Source: Myxococcota bacterium
GTDB taxonomy: Bacteria; Myxococcota_A; UBA9160; PR03
NCBI GenBank assembly: GCA_041611735.1
Contig: JBFIML010000011.1
Location: 23,527-87,526, forward strand
Length of the DNA stretch: 64,000 bases
Reading direction: 5' to 3'
Shown one piece after another: positions 58,132 to 64,000 of the stretch. Below the pieces are notes generated by a model. It worked only from the letters and a program-made list of their open reading frames with translations. It had not been told where the DNA came from and made no database searches. The position numbers and the translations under genes were made by a program. Position 1 is the first letter of the stretch; the number at the start of each line of letters is the position of its first letter.

Positions 58132-58562
58132 GGCATCGAAGGCGACGCGGTGCGGCGGGGGCGAAGCTCCTGGCGGTGCTGCTGCTCGGGCTGGCGGGAG
58201 CGGGCGGCTGGAACTACCGCCGCAATCTCGCCGCCGAGCAGGCGCAGCCGCGCCCCTACCGCGGCTACACGGAGCAGGCCGTGGAGCAGCTGGCGGCCGC
58301 CTATCGCCAGGAGATCCAGGAGCTCGGCGCCCGCTCGGACGCGGCCCGGGCTTCGCGCCGCGGCGTCCAGGACCGGGCGCTCCTCGACCAGCAGATCGGC
58401 GAGTTCGAGCGCGTGCAGCGCCAGGCGGAGCGGGAGCGGGCCCTGGGGCGTCGCCTGGGTGCCCAGGAGGCCGCCCTGGCGGACCTCGAAGCGGAGCTGC
58501 AGCGGCGCGAAGCGGAGCGGGACGGGGTCCGCCTCTTTCTCAGACGGCTGCTCAGCTTCTAG
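58128..58562 (+). CDS. Membrane-anchored coiled-coil hypothetical protein
   Basis: ATGA overlap; one TM then a coiled coil. Confidence 0.7.
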   Translation: MRHRRRRGAAGAKLLAVLLLGLAGAGGWNYRRNLAAEQAQPRPYRGYTEQAVEQLAAAYRQEIQELGARSDAARASRRGVQDRALLDQQIGEFERVQRQAERERALGRRLGAQEAALADLEAELQRREAERDGVRLFLRRLLSF

Positions 58563-58576
58563 ATCCCAAGTCCTCG

Positions 58577-59287
58577 CTAGTCCTCGGTATCTTCCTCTTC
58601 GACTACGATCTCCGCCTCCTCGAAGAGGTCGTCGTCGTCATCCGCGGCGCTGATGCCGAGGTCCACGTCTTCGTCGTAGCGGACCGCGTCCTCCTCGTCG
58701 TCCAGCAGCGGGGCCATGGGCCGCGGCACGGGCCGGCGCTGCGGGGCCGGCGCCGGCGCCGGGGACTGGCCCGATGGGGTTGCGGGACGCTGGCGCTGAT
58801 CCGCCCCGCACTTCGGGCAGATCGGCTCCGGGCGGTTCATGTCGTAGAACTTGGTTTCGCAGGCGAAGCACAGGTGCTTGACGCCCAGGCGGCTGCGCCG
58901 CTCGCCGCTGGCCGGCTCCAGGGGGGAGACGGGCGCCGGCGGCGCGGCCATCGCCCGGGAGGCCCGCTTGCGGCCCTCCCGCTTCTTGCGCACCCGGGGC
59001 GGCGGCGGGGAAGGGGGCGCCTGGGGCGGGCTCGGCGCGGCGGCCCTGGCCGGCACCGCCGCCCGAACCGCCGCGGCCTTGCTCCGGGGTGCGGCCGCCT
59101 TGCTGCGAGGTGCGGCCGCTTTGCCCCGGGGTGCGGCCGCCTTGCTGCGAGGTGCAGCCGCCCGCTTCCTGGTGGGCGCCGTCTTCTTGGGGGCCGTCTT
59201 CTTCTTGGGGGCGGCCTTGTGGGCCGGCCGCCTCCGAGTCGCCTTGCGGGGGGCCGCCTTCTTCTTGCGCGGGCGTGTCGCCATCAT
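58577..59287 (-). CDS. FYDLN-acid (TIGR02300-like) Zn-ribbon protein with histone-H1-like N-terminus
   Basis: [28 protein letters not shown]; acidic tail; K/A/P/R-rich N-terminus. Confidence 0.85.
   Translation of the reverse strand: MMATRPRKKKAAPRKATRRRPAHKAAPKKKTAPKKTAPTRKRAAAPRSKAAAPRGKAAAPRSKAAAPRSKAAAVRAAVPARAAAPSPPQAPPSPPPPRVRKKREGRKRASRAMAAPPAPVSPLEPASGERRSRLGVKHLCFACETKFYDMNRPEPICPKCGADQRQRPATPSGQSPAPAPAPQRRPVPRPMAPLLDDEEDAVRYDEDVDLGISAADDDDDLFEEAEIVVEEEDTED
59073..59156 (-). repeat. 4 x 21-bp tandem repeat encoding AAAPR(S/G)K
   Basis: GCGGCCTTGCTCCGGGGTGCG / GCCGCCTTGCTGCGAGGTGCG / GCCGCTTTGCCCCGGGGTGCG / GCCGCCTTGCTGCGAGGTGCA. Confidence 0.85.
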
Positions 59288-60720
59288 CGGCCCTCCCTGG
59301 CGATCCGGACTCCGCGGGCCTCCTCGAGGGTCTGCATCCCGCTCTCGCGCGCATCGTCCTCGCCGTCGATCACCGAGTGATCGATCTCGAGCCGCGCGCC
59401 TTCGGGCACCCCCACGCCGGCGGCCTCGAGCCAGCGCCGGTAGCAGGCCGAGAGGTCGCGGCGGGCCGTCTCCGGGGAGTCGTTCCCTTCGGCATTCTTC
59501 ACCGGGGAGTACTCCTCGGCCCGCTCCGCCTCCATCACCGCCACGTGCGCGGCGTGGGGCAGGGCGTCGAACAGGAAGCGCTCGAGCTTGTAGCCGTTCG
59601 GCTGCTCGGGAGCCACCGTCCGTCCCTCGTCGTCCACGGTCGGGATCTTCTTGAGCGAGGCGTGGTAGGGCAGCAGCTGCTCCGCTGCGGCCGCGATGCG
59701 GCGCATGAAGTCCACCTGGAGGGCATGGATCGCCACGCTCCCGGCCCAGTAGAGCAGCTCCCCGTGCTGGTTGCGGGCGAGGCGGTGCGCGTCGTCGAGC
59801 TCCGTGTACTCGACGATGCCCACGCGGCCGTCGATGCGCGCCACCACCCCCATCTTCTCGTGGGGGTCGCGCTTCGCCACCACCGTGCACGACATCTGCG
59901 CGTCCTGCTCGGCGTGGAAGCCGAGCAGCTCCGGGTTGGCGATGCGCACCAGCGGGTTGTCCACCTGGTAGTAGAAGACCGTGCCGACGCCTCGTCGCTC
60001 CATGTCCGCCAGGGCTCCGCCCGCCGCGACGGCCGTGAAGCAGCCGCCGTGGCCGTTGGGGCTCTCGACGATGCGGTCCGGGCGCTCGAGCAGCAGGCGG
60101 CCCTCCGCGTCCAGGGCCGGGATCGTCTCCTGGCAGAAGAAGACCACGTCCTCCCGGGGCAGCTGGAAGAAGCCGTGCTCCTGGAAGAAGGTGCGGGTCT
60201 CGCCGTCCGTGGCGGGGCTCGTCATCACGTACCAGGGGACCGGCGCCCCATAGCGGGCCCGCAGGCGCCGCAGGCGCTGGGCCTGGATCTCGAAGAGCGT
60301 CCGTCCGGTGACGGGCCCGATGGGAAAGAGGCCCTTGGGCCCGTCGAAGCCGAGGCGGGTTCCTTGGCCGCCGGCCACCACCAGGGCCGCGACCCGGCCG
60401 GCGGCGAGCAGGGCCTCGCCGCGCTCCCGGGCCCGGCGCCGCGCTCCCGCGTCGCCCCCGTGCCGGGGGAGACGCTCGATGGGAGCCGGCTCGAGGCGTC
60501 GTGCCCCTGGGGAAGCGAGCTCCCGGGTCCGCCGATGGACGCGCGCCAGGGCCTCCAGATCCAGCGACGCGGCCTGGGCCGCCAGCCGCTCGCGGCCCGC
60601 CGTGTCCAGGCGCTCCCAGAAGCGCAGCACGTGCTCCTGCCCGTAGCGGGCGAACCGCTTGCGGAGCTCATCGATGGGGGTCGCCGCGGCTCGTTCCGGT
60701 TGCATGGCACGGACCGTCAT
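59284..60720 (-). CDS. UDPGP type 1 family nucleotidyltransferase (eukaryote-like UDP-GlcNAc pyrophosphorylase)
   Basis: [39 protein letters not shown]. Confidence 0.92.
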   Translation of the reverse strand: MTVRAMQPERAAATPIDELRKRFARYGQEHVLRFWERLDTAGRERLAAQAASLDLEALARVHRRTRELASPGARRLEPAPIERLPRHGGDAGARRRARERGEALLAAGRVAALVVAGGQGTRLGFDGPKGLFPIGPVTGRTLFEIQAQRLRRLRARYGAPVPWYVMTSPATDGETRTFFQEHGFFQLPREDVVFFCQETIPALDAEGRLLLERPDRIVESPNGHGGCFTAVAAGGALADMERRGVGTVFYYQVDNPLVRIANPELLGFHAEQDAQMSCTVVAKRDPHEKMGVVARIDGRVGIVEYTELDDAHRLARNQHGELLYWAGSVAIHALQVDFMRRIAAAAEQLLPYHASLKKIPTVDDEGRTVAPEQPNGYKLERFLFDALPHAAHVAVMEAERAEEYSPVKNAEGNDSPETARRDLSACYRRWLEAAGVGVPEGARLEIDHSVIDGEDDARESGMQTLEEARGVRIAREGR

Positions 60721-60782
60721 GGGGGAATCCGGGGTTTCGCGGGGCGCGGTCGGCTCATAGCAAACGAGGAAGGGGAGGCAAC

Positions 60783-60822
60783 CGGGGGCGGAGGAAGCCT
60801 GGGGGGAGCGACTCCGCCCCCG
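60783..60822. terminator. Hairpin downstream of the LVIVD gene
   Basis: CGGGGGCGGAG...CTCCGCCCCCG. Confidence 0.5.
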
Positions 60823-60867
60823 TCGGGTGCCCGAACGACTAGGCGGCTGCTGGGGCGGCCGCCCGGC

Positions 60868-62184
60868 TCACGGGATCGTGAACTCCTGGGTCTGCGGGTT
60901 CGAGTGGCCGGTCCTCAGGGCTCCCGCCACGGCCCGGTCGCCCAGCTGGAAGACGTTCAGACCCTCGGTGATGTTGCTCTCGTAGATGAAGCCGTCGTAC
61001 CAGTAGGACGACCAGGCGCCGCCAATCTCGCAGCCCAGTCCCCCGCAGAAGGGGCCCCCCGGCGGGGGGATGGGCGGCGGATCGCTCCAGGCTACGGTCA
61101 CCGGATTGGTCGGGTCCGTGAAGTCGACCACCCAGGTTCCGGCCTGATAGTTCCCGCTGACCAGGACGTCGCGCCGGTTCCGCAACGGAACCGTGTTGAA
61201 GTGATGGAGCGTGCAGTTCTCGATGTCGGATTGGGCGCGGGGCAGGGTCCAGGTCCCCATCACGCCTCCGGTGCCGGTGTCCAGGAAGAAGAGGGACTTG
61301 AATTCCGCCGGGCTGCCCGCCTGGCAAGCGGCCTGCACGCCGCCACCCGGCTCGTGCCCGAACACGAGGACGGCCCCGTCCCAGGAGAAGCTGGTGGAGT
61401 GGCCGAGCGAGACGCCCGGTACGGCGGTCGACCACAGGAAGTCGGGATCCGCGAGCGACCCCGCCCCCGTGAGCGTCCACAATGTGACCCCATCTTGGCC
61501 CGCGCACGCGGCCAGCATCGCGTCGCCGAGGATCACGCTGATGTCGTGACAATTCCGGTCCGCGGGCTCGGTGCGGAGATAGGTGGTGGCGGCGGGGTTG
61601 GCCAGCGGCACCTCCACGACATCGAAGCCGTTACAGTTGCCGCCCGAGCTGTAGACGAGCAGCCGGTCGTTGGCGAGGTCGGGCACCGCGGTCACCGTAT
61701 GGGAGCCGCAGCGACCGGGGATGGCGCCGAAGCTGAGGTCGACGGAGCCGACCAGCACCGGATCGGCGACGTCGCTCACGTCGAAGATGTGCAGGCCCTC
61801 GAACCCCTGCGGGACCGGCGAGCCGTCACAGTGGGCCCCGGGGCCCGCCGGCGAGTTCCACGACCGCACCAGGACGTTCTCCCACACGACGACGTCGCCC
61901 TGGTTTCCGCTGCAGCTGGTGAAGGAGACGGGCCGGGGATTGCCCGGCGCAGCGATGTCGCGGATGTTGAAGCCGAGCCAGCTTCCCTGGAAGGCGTACC
62001 GGCCCCAGAAGGCAATGTCGGTGTGGATGTTGCCCCCGCCTGCGCCCGTCAGCAGGCTGGCGGGTTCGCTGATGTGACCCAGGGGATGCAGATTCCGGGT
62101 GCGGGGATCACCGTCGTGGCCGGCCATGCCCGGAACGGCGATCGCCAGGACGAGGAGTAGCGTCGGTAGCGCGAGCTTCTTCAC
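60868..62184 (-). CDS. Secreted LVIVD-repeat beta-propeller protein
   Basis: Signal peptide; TDIAFWG, GLHIFDVSD, GSHT, CHDI, NCTLH, WSSYWY. Confidence 0.85.
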   Translation of the reverse strand: MKKLALPTLLLVLAIAVPGMAGHDGDPRTRNLHPLGHISEPASLLTGAGGGNIHTDIAFWGRYAFQGSWLGFNIRDIAAPGNPRPVSFTSCSGNQGDVVVWENVLVRSWNSPAGPGAHCDGSPVPQGFEGLHIFDVSDVADPVLVGSVDLSFGAIPGRCGSHTVTAVPDLANDRLLVYSSGGNCNGFDVVEVPLANPAATTYLRTEPADRNCHDISVILGDAMLAACAGQDGVTLWTLTGAGSLADPDFLWSTAVPGVSLGHSTSFSWDGAVLVFGHEPGGGVQAACQAGSPAEFKSLFFLDTGTGGVMGTWTLPRAQSDIENCTLHHFNTVPLRNRRDVLVSGNYQAGTWVVDFTDPTNPVTVAWSDPPPIPPPGGPFCGGLGCEIGGAWSSYWYDGFIYESNITEGLNVFQLGDRAVAGALRTGHSNPQTQEFTIP

Positions 62185-62302
62185 GGCGATTCTCCGCTCA
62201 CCCCCCGGACGCGCGCAATCTATCCCATTCGGGTCGAACAGATGGCGGCAATCGGTGGCCTAAGGCCGTATCCCCAGGGGGAAACGCCTGGGAGCAGGGG
62301 GA

Positions 62303-62438
62303 CCGTGGTCTCGGGCATGCCGAGCGCTGACTGCAGCAAGCGGAGATCACGCAGGCCCCGGCGCCCGCCGTAGCGTCGAATCTGATCAGCGTGGATTCCC
62401 AGGACCTCGTCGAGGGTCAGGAATAGCGGCTTGGTCAC
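62303..62438 (-). pseudogene. Truncated Doc/Fic toxin
   Basis: FLTLDEVLGIHADQIRRYGG..GLRD..LLQSALGMP, then unrelated sequence; the catalytic HxFxDGNKR motif is absent. Confidence 0.8.
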
Positions 62439-62661
62439 TCGGCGAGGCGTCGAAACACGCCGCCGTATTGCGCGTGGGCCTCGGCAACCAGTTCCGCGAG
62501 CCGCCGCCTTCGCCTTGGATCGCGAAGCGGGGTAACGACGAGTACGTCGCCGTCAGTCGATAGCTCGAGCTCCGTTCCGCATCGATCTCCAGCGCCTCCA
62601 GCAGCGGCCGGTCGATCACCAGGGCGAGGCTGTTGCCCGAGCGCGTGAGTCTCTTCGTCAT
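62435..62661 (-). pseudogene. Frameshifted AbrB/MazE-type antitoxin
   Basis: MTKRLTRSGNSLALVIDRPLLEALEIDA, frameshift, TELELSTDGDVLVVTP...YGGVFRRLAE. Confidence 0.8.
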
Positions 62662-62842
62662 GTACGTACGATACGAAATATGCGTAAGGACGGCACCGCG
62701 CGCGCGTGGGGGAGCTGGGCGGGCGGCGCTGGCCGAGCAAAGACAAGCCCGCCCGAAACAGGCGGGCCGCGCCACGAAGCCCGGCTCGGGCGGGGACGGC
62801 GTTCCGAGTCGTGGTGGGGGTGGATCTCGGCGGGGTTGCAGA

Positions 62843-62870
62843 ATTTGACATAATACATCTTATCGGACGT
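62843..62870 (-). other. XerC/XerD dif recombination site
   Basis: Minus strand ACGTCCGATAA-GATGTA-TTATGTCAAAT; the XerD arm is one mismatch from E. coli TTATGTTAAAT. Confidence 0.88.
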
Positions 62871-62875
62871 ATCGA

Positions 62876-63221
62876 TGTAGTACCCAGATAGAAATGTCCG
62901 GCTTCTCCAAAGTAGAAATGTCCGCTTTCTCCAGCCGCCCGCGGTATCCCCGCGGGCATGGAGATAGTGACCATGAGCTACGCGGAGCTGGATCGCGTGC
63001 GGGTGATCGAGAGGCGGCTGACGCAGCGGGAGGCTGGGCGGATTCTGGGTTTGACGAGCCGGCAGGTGCGCCGACTCCGCCGAGGCTACGAGCGGGACGG
63101 CGCCCGGGCCCTGGGGTCGAAGCATCGCGGGCGGCCCAGCAATCGGCGGCTGCCCGCCGCGCTGCGCCGGGAGGCCCTGGCCACCCTGCGCTGCCGCTAC
63201 GAGGGCTTCGGCCCGACGCTG
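62876..63221 (+). mobile_element. IS1202-family (ISNCY) left end and truncated transposase
   Basis: Begins TGT; TAGAAATGTCC repeated at 62889 and 62913; ORF from 62958 MSYAELDR...RQVRRL...RGRPSN...YEGFGPTL, then breaks off. Confidence 0.82.
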
Positions 63222-63290
63222 TCACTGCAGCTCCGTCAGCTTCTCGTGGGGCCAGTGTCGGCGGGGCCCTGCCACCTCGAGGTCGACAGG

Positions 63291-63320
63291 TGTTGGCGTT
63301 ATAACGTCAAAGCGCTAACA
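63291..63320. promoter_or_regulatory. Palindromic TA operator/promoter
   Basis: TGTTGGCGTTATAACGTCAAAGCGCTAACA with nested inverted repeats. Confidence 0.6.
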
Positions 63321-63328
63321 TGGGTCTC

Positions 63329-63559
63329 ATGGGAGAACCGAAGCGAGCCACCGTCTACTTCGACGCGAAGATCCACCGAGCACTCCGACTGAAGGCAGCG
63401 GAAACCGACCGGTCCGTATCGGACCTGGTGAATGAAGCCGTGCGGGAGAGCCTTTCCGAGGACGCCGCGGATCTGGAGGCCTTCGAGGTGCGCTCGGGGG
63501 AGCGCAGGCAGAAGTTCGAGGACGTGGTAAAACAGTTGAAACGGCGTGGCGCGATATAG
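63329..63559 (+). CDS. CopG/ribbon-helix-helix antitoxin
   Basis: KRATVYFD..IHRALRLKAAETDRSVSDLVNEAVR; overlaps the toxin start. Confidence 0.88.
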   Translation: MGEPKRATVYFDAKIHRALRLKAAETDRSVSDLVNEAVRESLSEDAADLEAFEVRSGERRQKFEDVVKQLKRRGAI

Positions 63560-63809
63560 CGTCGAGATCCGAACGTCTGCGATCAAGGAACTCGAGGCGG
63601 TAGTTCCCAAGAGAGAACGGCAGCGGATTGCGCGAAGAATCGCGACGCTCGCCCTTGAACCACGGCCGCGAGGCTGCGAGAAGCTCGCCTCCGAGCAAGA
63701 CCGCTACCGCGTACGCCAAGGTCGCTACCGGATCGTCTACGCGGTGGACGACGCTGCACGGCTCGTCGATGTCGTCAAAATCGGTCACCGCAGGGAAATC
63801 TACCGCTGA
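63546..63809 (+). CDS. RelE/ParE family toxin
   Basis: PRPRGCEKL, YRVRQGRYRIVY, KIGHRREIYR. Confidence 0.92.
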   Translation: MARYSVEIRTSAIKELEAVVPKRERQRIARRIATLALEPRPRGCEKLASEQDRYRVRQGRYRIVYAVDDAARLVDVVKIGHRREIYR

Positions 63810-64000
63810 GCCGCCGCGAGCCAGCCTGGCTGGACTGCGAAACCCTGCCCCGCTGAGCCGCCGACGACGATGCGTTCGATGTTCGGAGGCTTCACTTCCT
63901 CGTGATTCACGTCGCGGTAGCCCGCCTCGTTGTACTCGTAGATGACATCACCGGCCCATCGGGTCGCGTTGCTCTTGTAGCGATAGTCGACCACGGGATC
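63800..64000 (-). pseudogene. Truncated SGNH/GDSL-hydrolase-like fragment (5' part outside the window)
   Basis: NEAGYRD...KP...RIVVGGS..QG resembles the region before the GDS motif, then stops early. Confidence 0.45.

Noticed and set aside
62958-63392. 144-aa ORF as an intact transposase
   Set aside because: Similarity ends at FGPTL; no DDE domain, and the remainder is read-through into the TA promoter

Overview
Very GC-rich bacterial chromosome segment. The gene content (two PEP-CTERM proteins with sigma-54 promoters, a FYDLN protein, REC-PilZ, a myxobacterial-type Cys-rich repeat) suggests a Myxococcota/Deltaproteobacteria-like organism, which is an inference. It holds about 60 genes: an lvaABC-like kinase/DUF6285/acyl-CoA dehydrogenase cluster, phoD, mpg, fadE, a wbpB/E/D-like amino-sugar trio with a GT2, a six-gene translationally coupled catabolic operon of unknown substrate, a tRNA-fMet with a decayed island beside it, and a housekeeping block (glucokinase, MCP, tgt, queA, slt, pfkB, UDPGP). 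The most notable non-coding signals are: (1) two homologous ~92-bp palindromic REPIN/MITE-like elements with compensatory changes that flank fadE in inverted orientation and overlap a start and a stop codon of neighbouring genes; (2) a XerC/D dif site at 62843-62870 with an IS1202-family remnant starting 5 bp from its XerC arm, surrounded by intact and broken toxin-antitoxin modules; (3) duplicated terminator+att-like scars and a frameshifted serine recombinase next to tRNA-fMet. All family calls are by-eye motif recognition; no searches were run, and start codons were chosen manually.
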